Assembly: GCF_006345805.1 (NCBI RefSeq)
Contig: NC_043014.1
Coordinates: 47,244,001-47,308,000, forward strand
DNA length: 64,000 nt
Source of the DNA: Octopus sinensis
Lineage: Eukaryota
Direction of reading: 5' to 3'
Under the pieces are notes generated by a model. That model was not told where the DNA came from and did no database searches. It was given only the letters and a program-made list of their open reading frames with translations. Positions 12,741 to 24,794 of the stretch are shown here, piece after piece; position 1 is the first letter of the stretch; the number at the start of each line of letters is the position of its first letter. Both the position numbers and the translations under genes were made by a program.

Positions 12741-13829
12741 CCATCCATATCATTCATTAGCACCAACACCACAAATAAATAAATGCGTGTGTGTGTTTCT
12801 AAAATTCACAGACTACTACTGTGAGAGAGAACTCCAGAGTTTTTAGACTTGTTTTTTTTTTATCTGAGGAGGAAGAGAAACTCATTTGCCTTGTTCTTAG
12901 TCCAAGTCTGGACATAACAGGTGAGGGGGATGGCAGAGAGGTTGCTGTATAGGAATGTAAGGAAAGCGGGGTTAGAGGAGGGAGGGAGAGAGAGAGACAG
13001 AGAGTAGGGGGAGGGGGTTAAAGGAGTGGGAAGTTTAAAACAGAAAGGGAAGATAGTTTTCAAGAGAAAGTTGGGTGGTGTTGACCAGTTTCATGACTGC
13101 AACAGGAAGAATGTTAATAGCAATATTCACATTCATGGCAGTAAACACATAAACACATACATGGGTAACAGAACTGCAGATACATACACACATATATACA
13201 TCGGGTGACACATACACATGGACAATGCAAGCAGTGGTATCCACTTGCCTGTTCTTATTTGCACTCACTCAAAATTATTAAGACAATTAGATGAAATAAA
13301 ATTAAAGCAAAATAATTATGGAAGTATTCTTGATAGTGTCCATAGATAAATACAGGCTTGTGGAGTGGAGTTAGGAAGAAATGTTTGTTGCACCATCTGA
13401 ACAACGTGGCCGATACCAGTGCTGCCTTGACTGGCTCCCATGCCGGTGGCATGTAAAAAGCACCATCTGAATCGTGGTCGATGCTGGTCCCCTCTGTCCC
13501 CTGTACCAGTGGCATGTAACGAAAGCACCCACTACCCTCTTGGAGTGGTTGGCATTATAGGAACGGCATCCAGTTGTAGAAACACTGCCAGATCAAACTG
13601 TCCCCTGTACCGGTGGCATGTAAAGAAAGCACCCACTACCCTCTCGGAGTGGTTGGCATTATAGGAACGGCGTCCAGTTGTAGAAACACTGCCAGATCAA
13701 ACTGGAGCCTGGGGCAACCTCCGTGGTTTCCCAGACCCCAGTCGAACTGTCCAACCCATGCTAGCATGGGAAACGGACGATGATGATCAGAGACATTGCC
13801 AACAATATTGGAGAAATTGGAAGTTGCAG

Positions 13830-13830
<1 letters not shown>

Positions 13831-13870
<40 letters not shown>

Positions 13871-14723
13871 GGGAGGCTGGATGGGTTGATGCTGAGTCGG
13901 ATTCAATTTGTAGTTGTTCATGTAGAGAGGAAGAGAATGGTGGCTTGGTTGATGGCATGGAGCTGGTAGTTCTGCAACTGATCCAGAGTACCCTTGTTCC
14001 ATTTCTTTAAATTTAGTCGAAATTCAAACTGATGCTACACAACTGAAATTGGAGGAAATAAGAAAATGAGAAGATGGGTGAGGATAAGGGGAGGTTGTTG
14101 TTGTTGTTAGTGACAGAGATACCTAAGAAAGGTGAAAGAGGGGCCAGATACGATATATCGCTATGTGTGTATGTGTGTCCGTGTAAATAGGCGCAGGAGT
14201 GGCTGTGTGGTAAGTAGCTTGTTTACCAACCACATGGTTCCGGGTTCAGTCCCACTGCGTGGCACCTTGGGCAAGTGTCTTCTACTATAGCCTCGGGCTG
14301 ACCAAAGCCTTGTGAGTGGATTTGGTAGACGGAAACTGAAAGAAGCCTGTCGTATATATGTATATATATATGTGTGTGTGTGTCTGTGTTTGTCCCTCTA
14401 GCATTGCTTGCCAACCGATGCTGGTGTGTTTATGTCCCCGTCACTTAGCGGTTCAGCAAAAGAGACCAATAGAATAAGTACTGGGCTTACAAAGAATAAG
14501 TCCCGAGGTCGAGTTGCTCGATTAAAGGCGGTGCTCCAGCATGGCCGCAGTCAAATGACTGAAACAAGTAAAAGAGTAAAAGAGAGTATGTGTAGCTATA
14601 GAAACCATGCCAAATCAGACTGGAACCTGATGCAGCTCTCCTGTTTACTAGTTGCAGTCAAACCATCTAACCCATGCCAGCATGGAAAGTGGACATTAAA
14701 TGATGTGTGTGTGTGTGTGTGTG

Positions 14724-14760
<37 letters not shown>

Positions 14761-15615
14761 GGGAGGCTGGATGGGTTGATGCTGAGTCGGATTCAATTTG
14801 TAGTTGTTCATGTAGAGAGGAAGAGAATGGTGGCTTGGTTGATGGCATGGAGCTGGTAGTTCTGCAACTGATCCAGAGTACCCTTGTTCCATTTCTTTAA
14901 ATTTAGTCGAAATTCAAACTGATGCTACACAACTGAAATTGGAGGAAATAAGAAAATGAGAAGATGGGTGAGGATAAGGGGAGGTTGTTGTTGTTGTTAG
15001 TGACAGAGATACCTAAGAAAGGTGAAAGAGGGGCCAGATACGATATATCGCTATGTGTGTATGTGTGTCCGTGTAAATAGGCGCAGGAGTGGCTGTGTGG
15101 TAAGTAGCTTGTTTACCAACCACATGGTTCCGGTTCAGTCCCACTGCGTGGCACCTTGGGCAAGTGTCTTCTACTATAGCCTCGGGCTGACCAAAGCCTT
15201 GTGAGTGGATTTGGTAGACGGAAACTGAAAGAAGCCTGTCGTATATATGTATATATATATGTGTGTGTGTGTCTGTGTTTGTCCCTCTAGCATTGCTTGC
15301 CAACCGATGCTGGTGTGTTTATGTCCCCGTCACTTAGCGGTTCAGCAAAAGAGACCAATAGAATAAGTACTGGGCTTACAAAGAATAAGTCCCGAGGTCG
15401 AGTTGCTCGATTAAAGGCGGTGCTCCAGCATGGCCGCAGTCAAATGACTGAAACAAGTAAAAGAGTAAAAGAGAGTATGTGTAGCTATAGAAACCATGCC
15501 AAATCAGACTGGAACCTGATGCAGCTCTCCTGTTTACTAGTTGCAGTCAAACCATCTAACCCATGCCAGCATGGAAAGTGAACATTAAATGATGTGTGTG
15601 TGTGTGTGTGTGTGT
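13831..15615. repeat. Tandem duplication, unit about 890 bp, bounded by (GT)n
   Basis: 13867-14702 vs 14756-15592; only a 1-bp indel and one substitution noticed outside the microsatellites. Confidence 0.95.
14188..14587 (+). mobile_element. Family 1 SINE (duplicated at about 15078-15476)
   Basis: Full-length; lies within the 890-bp duplication. Confidence 0.85.
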
Positions 15616-15689
15616 ATATAGTTTACTTTTAAATTAAGGTAAGATCAGCAAATAAAAGTACTCCATTTAGTGAGAGATATTGTTTAATG

Positions 15690-15834
15690 TACTAATAGTT
15701 TCATACATTGAAGATATTATCTAGGTAGGTTTTAAAACACACCTAGTGTCTCCAAGCCTGAAGATTACTTGGAGATACTAGATATGTTTCAAAACCTGCC
15801 TAGATGATATCTTCAATTTATGAAACTATTAGTA
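15690..15834. repeat. Imperfect inverted repeat, 67-bp arms, 11-nt loop CCTGAAGATTA
   Basis: 15690-15756 vs 15768-15834, 7 mismatches (6 transitions). Confidence 0.9.
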
Positions 15835-17570
15835 ACTCATAACTATATACTGTGTACACTATATATATATATATATTATATATATATATATATATTAAAT
15901 AATGAGGGTAGAAATTGATATTAATCAATTAAAACCAGTGACTTAGCATATTTTTAAAAAATCCGAAAATTAAAAATTCTATTACATACAAAATTAAGAG
16001 GAATGATCACCAAAGTGGACTCCTAATATGCTAAATATAGATGTCAAATCACCATTACTACAATTGTGGGACTGATGCAGAGCTCTCTCTCCCCCCCTCT
16101 CTCTCTCCCCTCAACTGAGGACTTTGTCCTTAACATTTGAAACTCCTCTATCAGTGTCATACAAACTTTCCCAATAAATTCACACTTCTCTGAAGCAACC
16201 TGCTATTGGACTGCCATGGATCCTAGTATTTGGCACAAAATATTGGAGTTCACATCTCGGCTGTGATGAAATGATTTATACTCTCTCTCTCTCTCTCTTT
16301 ATCATTGACATTTCACTGATATTTACAAGAAAATTTGATTCTTTCTCTAATGGCAGTGGCGGTAATGTGGTATTGGTGTGATGGTAGCGTAAAAGGTACA
16401 AGTATGGTGGTGGTGGTGGTGGTGGTATGATGTGTGATGGTAGTTGTGTCTTGGTATTGATGCAAGTGTTGTTAACTCTTGTTATTCATCTCATTTTTGT
16501 GCTTTAATACAGTCACATTACTAAACTGTTACTATGGTAACAAATACAGCACTACTCCTGATACAGTCACATCAGTTTAGTGAATAGTAACATCAATGAA
16601 TAGTAACATGGTATCACTCAATACAACACAGCTATTGATACAGTAAATTCTTTTTTTTGTTTTTTACCAGACAACAGGCAACTTCTATGTGGCCAATGAA
16701 CTTGGTAGAAATAACAGCCAAATTTCCTGAAATCACATTCTTTAGTCTTGGAATAGAAAAGGACACATTGGATAATTTTGTACTCAATACTTCCTTTCCT
16801 CGTACGGCTGCTTGCATAGGGCTGACCTTTGGCTGAACAACCATAACTGACCCTATAGCTATTCACTCTCTCTCCCTTCTCATTAACTTCCACCCACCTT
16901 GGACCTGTGTCTCTCTCTCTCTCTCTCTCTTCCTCTACTTTTCTGCACCAGTAATTGACCTGCGACTATTCCACCTGACCATCAACCTGTTACTCCGTCC
17001 ACTCTCACAGAGAGAAACCCCCCCAAAAGTTCTAGGCTTCAATCCTACCCCCCCACAACCTACAATCCACCATATAGTTGGGTATCTAATGGTAATGATG
17101 ATGGCAATAGTAGATGCCTTCCCTTTGCGTAAGGGCCAGACTTTGCAAGGTAACCCCTTTCCCCCCACCCTTGATCAAACCTTGTTGACCATCCTTCCTT
17201 GGTCTCACTTTGCTGATTAGATCCTTTGACTTAAGACCTCCTGAGGTATAAAGTTGACCCATCCCACATTGAGTTAGGATCCACCCCTTTATGCTATCCA
17301 GTGTAGACCTTCTCTGGTCCCCCCAACACTATCTTGCTCCTTCCACCCCACACTGAAGCAGTTACTGAAATACTGTCGTTACACTCAATACAATCACCTC
17401 ACCTCCTGCTAGTGTCACCTCCCTTCCTGTTATATTCACCTTTTCTCTTGAAACTGTCACCTCACCCCCTGTGACAGTAACCTCCTGTAACAGTCATCCT
17501 CTGTTACACTAAACCACCTCCTGTTCAGTTACCTGTTTACCTCATTACAGTCCCATCCCATTATAATTAC

Positions 17571-17670
17571 AGTCACCTCCTGTTACGGTCACCTCCTGTT
17601 ACGGTCACCTCCTGTTACGGTCACCTCCTGTTACGGTCACCTCCTGTTACAGTCACCTCCTGTTTCAGTC
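17571..17670. repeat. 16-bp minisatellite, about 6 copies, with degenerate flank from about 17455
   Basis: gtcacctcctgttacg. Confidence 0.9.
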
Positions 17671-18199
17671 ACCTTATTCTTCCTTATTATCAAATTTAAA
17701 AAAAAAAAAACTAAGGCGGTGAGCTGGGAGAGTTGTTAGCATGCTCGATAAAATGCTTAGCAGTATTTTGCCCGTCGCTATGTTCTGGGTTCAAATTCTG
17801 CCGAGGTTGACTTTGCCTTTCATCCTTTCTGGGTCGATAAATTTAAGTACCAGTGAAACACTGGGGTTGATGTAATCAACTAGTCCCCTCCCCACAAATC
17901 TCAAGCCTTGTGCCTCCAGTTGAAAAAGGATTATTAAAAAGCAATTTTGTTCCAATTTGACATTTTCTCAACAGCATTTATTATCCAAATGTCTTCTTTC
18001 ATTTCAAAATCAGTAATTAATGCTGCCATTAGCGTTTCTTGTCTCTGCCAATTGTTCCAACATTCCAACCGGAATAGATTAACACACACACACACACACA
18101 CACTGCAGTTTTTATTTGTTTGTCTCTATAGTAATGATAATTACAATAATTTTTGTCGTTGCTTTTACATGCTAATTTAATTAGCACAGATATTTCTCT

Positions 18200-18640
18200 T
18201 CAGGTTTGGCGACAAGTTCCTTCAAATTTCAATCTTTTGTAAGATTCTTGCAGAATGCAGGATGACACTTCTCTGTAAGTTGACAATGCATGTCGCAATT
18301 CCAAAATCCTTCAGCCTTTGGGCGTTGAGCTAAGTGCACCAATTACCTCAGGAACATTTGTTATCTTACACAAGCTTTTCATCTCTCTGGTTTAAGACTT
18401 GGTTCTTCCCAATTTCATGGTCTCCACTCTATCATCATATAGTTTTTCTATCATCATATAGTACTTCTATCATCATATAGTACCATATTGTTTTTTTTTC
18501 TTTATCCTCATTGACTGTACTTGGTCTCCTTGCTTTATTAGTACGGTCAGCCTCTATAGAGAAATCCCATAAAACCCTGTAATTATTATTCTCCATCACA
18601 GCTTCTGACTTGCGGTCATACCACTTTATTGTCATTCTGA
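18200..18640 (-). mobile_element. Degenerate 3' end of an RLE-type non-LTR retrotransposon (R4/Dong-like)
   Basis: KWYDRKSEAVMENNNYRVLWDFSIEADR..ARRP..V.EDKEKK and downstream VPEVIGALSSTPKG; stops and frameshifts; internal 19-bp triplet repeat. Confidence 0.75.
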
Positions 18641-18769
18641 ATCCTTACACTTAGCTAACATCCCAATGCACTCTTTTACTGACTCAGCTATGCTTGCATT
18701 TATATTCTTTTCGTGCTAGCTTACAGCACTCAGATATTTAATATATTTGTCTCTCTTACCACACCTTCT

Positions 18770-19990
18770 ATGGCGGCAAGCTGGCAGAATTGTTAGCACA
18801 CCAGGCAAAAATGCTTAGCAGCATTTCATCTGTGCTAGCTTACGGCACTCACTTTGATGTTTAATACTTTTTTCCATGTTCTGTATTTATTATTATTATT
18901 AAGGCAGCGAGCTGGCAGAATCGTTAGCATGCTGGATGTTACTACATTCTGAGTTCAAATTCCACCGTGGTCAACATTACCTTTCATCCTTTCGGGGTGA
19001 ATAAATTAAGTACCAGTTGCGTACTGGGGTCGATCTAATCGACTGGCCCCCTCTCCCCAAATTTCAGGCCTTGTGTCTATAGTAGAAAGGATTATTTTTA
19101 TTATTATTATTATTAAGGTGGTGAACTGGCAGAATTGTTAGCATGCTGGGCAAAATGCTTAGCAGCATTTTGTCCGTCTTTATGTTCTGAGTTCAAATTT
19201 CGCCATGGTTGACTTAAGTACCAGTTGTGTACTGAGGGTCAATGTAATCGACTATCTCCCTCCCCCAAATTTGTGCCTTTAGTAGAAAGGATTATTATTA
19301 TTGTAGAATGGCAGAATTGTTAGTGTTGCTGGTGCAGTACTTCTTTTGTTTTTTTGTTTTGAAATCAACTTTGTCTGAATGGTTATTAGGTGGCGAGCTG
19401 GCAAAATTGTTAGCATGCCAAACGAAATGCTTAGCAGTATTTCGTCTGCCGTTACGTTCTGAGTTCAAATTCCGCCGAGGCCGACTTTGCCTTTCATCCT
19501 TTCGGGGTCGATTAAATAAGTACCAGTTACGCACTGGGGTCGATATAATTGACTTAATCTGTTTGTCTATCCTTGTTTGTCCTCTCTGTGTTTAGCCCCT
19601 TGTGGGTAGTAAAGAAATACGTATTTCGTCTGCCACTACGTTCTGAGTTCAAATTCCACCGAGGTCGACTTTGCCTTTCATCCTTTCGGGGTCGATTAAA
19701 TAAGTACCAGTTACACACTGGGGTCGATATAATCGACTTAATCCGTGTGTCTGTCCTTGTTTGTCCTCTCTGTGTTTAGCCCCTTGTGGGTAGTAAAGAA
19801 ATACGTATTTCGTCTGCCGTTACGTTCTGAGTTCAAATTCTGCCGAGGTCGACTTTGCCTTTCATCCTTTCGGGGTTGATTAAATAAGTACCAGTTACGC
19901 ACTGGGGTCGATGTAATCAACTTAATCCGTTTGTCTGTCCTTGTTTGTCCTCTCTGTGTTTAGCCCCTTGTGGGTAGTAAAGAAATAGAA
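18770..19990 (+). mobile_element. Cluster of family 2 SINEs ending in a 3 x 184-bp tandem array
   Basis: Heads at about 18770, 18900, 19115 and 19387; units start at about 19437, 19621 and 19805. Confidence 0.85.
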
Positions 19991-21284
19991 ATAGGTATTG
20001 ACTGACCTCTCCTAGTATTCCTGGTCTTCTTTCTAGATTAGAAACAATTATTTTTGATTTTACTGTATTCTAGTTTCCTTTTTTTCTCTTAATCATGAAA
20101 CTAAAGTTGGAAATTCAGGCATTTACAGCCTCCTCCATTGTGGTCAAGTTGTTAGGAATGTTGATTCACAATCATGAAGTCTAGGGTTCAATCCCATTGC
20201 AAAGCATTACGGGCAAGTGTCTTTGAGCACGGACCCAAATGACATTGGGTAAATGGAAACTGCATGGAAGCCTTTCAGACTGGACTATAGCTGAAATTCA
20301 AAGGCGTCACACTGATTCTGGTTGGAGAATATATTAAAGGAATACATGTCTGGAATTCTCAGTCATGTAGGTACTAGTTCCATGAGTAGGTGGTTTGGTT
20401 GATCAAAACTGAAGAACTGCCATGTAAAGCACAGGTGTGTGTGTGTGTGTTTGTGTTTGAAGGAGAAAAGCTAGTGTGTATAAATGTGTATATATGTACT
20501 AAAGATAGTGTTTGTGAAATGTGGGTGAAAGTGAGAAGATAGTGTGTTTGTGCATGTGTGTGTTCTATTTTAATTAAAACAAAATAATTAATAGTACTTC
20601 CTAATATCAGTTGACAAGGCCACAGAGTGGTGTGGAGAGGTGGGGGGGCATATTTAATTATATCATGATGTGATTGTTGATAATTATCAACCCCCTGGAA
20701 GGTTAAAAGGTAAAGTTGACCTTGGCAAGAAATGAACTCTTGGTCATGGAAGAATGTAACTAAATACCAAAAGATATATTGTCTGGTGTTCTTACTGATT
20801 CTATCTGCCATCATTCTTTAAAATAATGTCTCTAATTAAAGTAACTATCAGAGTTGACTGAACTGATTCCAATCTTGAAATATTCCTGGTAACAAATGGA
20901 CACGGCTTGCTGGTTGGAACCAGTTGAAGTGAGATGTGTCAAAATGAAGTATTTCTATAATGGTTTTCCTTGTCCTTGGATAACCTCCTGGATCCTGAGT
21001 CTGAGAGTTTGATTCCATTATATGGCATCTTGGACAAGTGTCTTTGACAAATGCTTCAGGTTGACGACGGAGACTATTGACGTCTGGTTGACGAACTTAT
21101 TGTGATTCAAAGCTCCAGCTTTGCAAACCGCTTCATCGCATATATTATGTTTGTGAGTTACATTAAGGTTACATGTCTGTGGAATACTCAGTCACTTACA
21201 TGCGAATTCAAGTAGTTCCATTGATCTGGAAATTGGAATATGCTGTGTCAAAAGCAACAACATCTATTTACCTGTATACTTTAC

Positions 21285-21672
21285 ATATACACACACATCC
21301 AACACACACACACACACGCACATCCAACACACACACACATGTACATCCAACACACACACACACATGCACATCCAACACACACACACATCCAACACACACA
21401 CACACACATCCAACACACACACATGCACATCCAACACACACACACATTCACACACATCCAACACACGCACACATGCACATCCAACACACACACACAAACA
21501 CACCAACACACACACATACACACACACATCCAACACACACACACATCCAACACACACACACACACACACCAACACACACACATGCACACTTGTATATATT
21601 TGCATACACATATATATATACATGTATATAAAGTAATCTCTGCATATATATATGTGTGTGTGTGTGTGTGTA
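21285..21672. repeat. (CA)n microsatellite with periodic TCCAA interruptions
   Basis: Direct reading. Confidence 0.95.
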
Positions 21673-21691
21673 AATGCATAAATAAAAAGGA

Positions 21692-21769
21692 AAAGTGGGA
21701 ACAGCATGGAAGTATGTTTAAAGATTATGGTCTTTTTCTTTAAACATACTTCCATGCTGTTTCCACTTT
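21692..21769. repeat. 33-bp stem, 12-nt loop hairpin
   Basis: aaagtgggaacagcatggaagtatgtttaaaga vs its reverse complement at 21737-21769; the single difference is a G.U pair on + strand RNA. Confidence 0.9.
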
Positions 21770-21843
21770 CACTTTTTACCTATAACCTTTGATTTATATG
21801 AATTCTTAACCCCCTTTTCAACTATATATATATATATATATAC

Positions 21844-21891
<48 letters not shown>

Positions 21892-22389
21892 TATATATTA
21901 TATATATATATATATATTATATGAATGATGTGATAAAAAAAACTTTTCTATTTTATGATTTTAATTTCAGACCACTCAAGAAATCCAATTCCACAAAGTC
22001 GCTTCTCTCAAAATGTGGAATCATGGTTTACTTTTGCTGTTGCACTCTCTGACCTTATTGACCATCATCCAATGGGGCCATCCAATGACCATACCAGCCC
22101 ATTACTACCACCATGACTGCAGGACTGTGCAAGAAATGTCCAGAAAAATTGACCGACCTCTTAATATTTGAGTAACTCTCTGAGCATCCACTTCTCGAAA
22201 GAAGTGATGTAAATACCTGAAACTGACAGAACTGTGACTGGTATAGTTGTGACTGGAATAGACATGTCATTACCCTGTTTATGACCTCTGCAGAGTTATG
22301 ATTCTATAAAGATTTGTAACTGTGGTGCAACTTAATTAGTATCAAGTGCCTCCCTCTGAATGATATCATTAATTCATTCATCTGACATT

Positions 22390-22915
22390 ACTTCACTCGA
22401 CTGATATCATTGCTTCATTCAGCTGATATCATTGCTTCACTCGGCTGATATCATTGCTTCACTCGGCTGATATCATTGCTTCATTCAGCTGATATCATTG
22501 CTTCACTCAGCTGATATCATTGCTTCACTCGGCTGATATCATTGCTTCACTCGGCTGATATCATTGCTTCACTCGGCAGATATCATTGCTTCATTTAGCT
22601 GATATCATTGTTTCACTTGGCTGATATCATTGCTTCACTCGGCAGATATCATTGCTTCACTCAGCTGATATCATTGCTTCACTTGGCAGATATCGTTGCT
22701 TCACTCCACTGATATCATTGCTTCACTCGCTTGATATCAATCATTGCTTCACTTGGCTGATATCATTGCTCCATTCAGCTGATATTACAGCTTCACTCGG
22801 CAGATATCATTGCTTCACTCGGCTGATATTACAGCTTCACTCGGCAGATATCATTGCTTCACTTGGCAGACTTCACTGCTTCATTCAGCTGATATTACAG
22901 CTTCACTGGGCTGGC
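22390..22915. repeat. 22-bp minisatellite, about 24 copies
   Basis: Unit ctgatatcattgcttcactcgg. Confidence 0.95.
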
Positions 22916-23269
22916 ATAGCTTCTTCACTCCCTCAGCTGACTTTGAATGTTCCACCCACCAAAAATTAGTTATCAGAGATTTCGTGTTGACATTATATTT
23001 ATAAATATATGCCTGTGAATAATACAGTGAGCAGCTGTGGGGCTTTTATGTGTTGATGCCTATGTATGTAAAAGCATGTATATGTATGCATATATGTATG
23101 TGTATGTACATTCCCATTTAGCTGAAAGATTAATTACTTATGAGGCAGCCAGCTGGAGTCAGTGAGTTTAATGTTGTCACAAAGTGAAACAACACTGAAA
23201 CAATGTTTAAATATTGTCATTTCCTTTGTTGAATGTCACATGTTGGCTTTTACATTGTAATAATAATAA

Positions 23270-23709
23270 TGAGGCGAGGAGGCCGGTGTGGAGGAGGAGG
23301 AGGAGGCTTGTTTTATCACCATTGTCCAACCTTTCACATCGTCTGCACTGCACGATGATTCTTTAGTGCACTCACACAAAATAGCCGCCCCTTTACTGGG
23401 GTTTACAAGCAACTATCATTTCTAGAAACTTCCCCCCCCATTTCCTTCATTTGGCTTGGCATAATGAAGAGCATCTAGAAGTTTGTCACCTTCTTTGCCC
23501 AAGGAAAGACTGAAAAGCCTTTTAAGGTCACAGGTTACCCTTAAAAGTGCTGCGTAGTTTGGACCTAAGATTCTTCATCTGCTGCCAACTTGCTAAGAAC
23601 AGCCGTTTGACGTTACCAAAACTGAAGGAAGAAGGAGTTTCTAGAAAACAGAACAACGAACAAATTCAAGTTTTGTCCAAGTTAGCTTTAGCCAAACAAA
23701 TTAGTGAGA
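23270..23709 (+). promoter_or_regulatory. Possible promoter/5' UTR of the candidate gene
   Basis: Repeat-free stretch with several CpGs immediately upstream of the ATG exon; positional inference only. Confidence 0.25.
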
Positions 23710-23804
23710 ATGTTTGATGTCCAAAACATCTATGGTACCCCACAGATCACCCGTAAACAGCAACAGTCACTGAGGCCACGTCGAATGACACTCATTGATC
23801 TCAG
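23710..23804 (+). CDS. Candidate first coding exon (MFDVQNIYGTPQITRKQQQSLRPRRMTLIDL, phase-2 end) of an unidentified, possibly TRPM-like gene
   Basis: ATG at 23710 with A at -3 and an in-frame TAG at 23689-91 upstream; 31 open codons + AG; donor CAG|GTACAT; phase matches exon 44228. Confidence 0.55.
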
Positions 23805-24139
23805 GTACATGTACAGAATGCTTTGATTTAGCATGGAGACTAACCATTAACCCAGACATGCAGCCAGTATACCACATGGTTAAAATTAACAATTGTTTTG
23901 ACTGACTTTTATTATATGATCCCCTTAACCCTTTTACTAATTGTGCCACGATAATGAAAACTGTTATTTCTTACTAACTATCATTGTTTGCCTGCATAAA
24001 TCATGTTCATTCAGTTTTCATATTCATTTATTCCATAAATAATGTTTTAATACAGAAAAAGTGGACCTTGAACCAACGGTAACCATCATTTCATGCATTA
24101 AACATCTTGTTTCTGTTTGTAGTTTCCACTGCATATCAT

Positions 24140-24340
24140 TCAAGCATGTCAGGTGATATCTTATCATATCATGCAGCATGATAGGCAATATTTTGTGACC
24201 ATATCACACAACTTGTTAGGTGATATCTTGTGACTATATTATGTACGTTAGGCGATATCTTGTAACTATATCACACAGCATGTGACGTGACATCATGTGA
24301 TCATATCACACAGCATGTTTGATGATATTTTGTGACTACT
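24140..24340. repeat. Degenerate ~35-bp tandem repeat
   Basis: Recurrent aggtgatatcttgtgactatatcacacagcatg. Confidence 0.7.
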
Positions 24341-24411
24341 GACTACCATCTCCATTAATACTGACCATAGTTATTGTTATGATTATTATATGAACAAAGT
24401 TCTTCTAACTT

Positions 24412-24794
24412 ATTCTTTTACTTGTTTCAGTCATTTGACTGCGGCCATGCTGGAGCACCGCCTTTAGTCAAGCAAATCGACCCTGGGACTTATTCTTTGT
24501 AAGCCCAGTACTTATTCTATCGGTCTCTTTTGCCGAACCGCTAAGTGACGGGGACGTAAACACACTAGCATCGGTTGTCAAGCAATGCTAGGGGGATAAA
24601 CACAGACACACACACATCTATATATATATACATACAACAGGCTTCTTTCAGTTTCCGTCTACCAAATCCACTCACAAGGCATTGGTCGGCCCGGGGCTAT
24701 AGCAGAAGACACTTGCCCAAGATGCCACGCAGTGGGACTGAACCCGGAACCATGTGGCTGGTTAGCAAGCCACTTACCACACAGCCACTCCTGC
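24412..24794 (-). mobile_element. Family 1 SINE with 33-bp TSD
   Basis: TSD 24379-24411 / 24805-24837. Confidence 0.9.

Noticed and set aside
16672-16840. Strong acceptor followed by about 54 open codons (QQATSMWPMNLVEITAKFPE...)
   Set aside because: No good donor before the stop; no recognisable homology.
16952-17128. Acceptor after (CT)n with donor TGC|GTAAGG
   Set aside because: No recognisable product; could be a non-coding exon but cannot be supported from sequence alone.
21971-22171. Acceptor plus a short ORF with a signal-peptide-like start (MWNHGLLLLLHSLTLL...)
   Set aside because: 52 aa, no independent support; within chance expectation.
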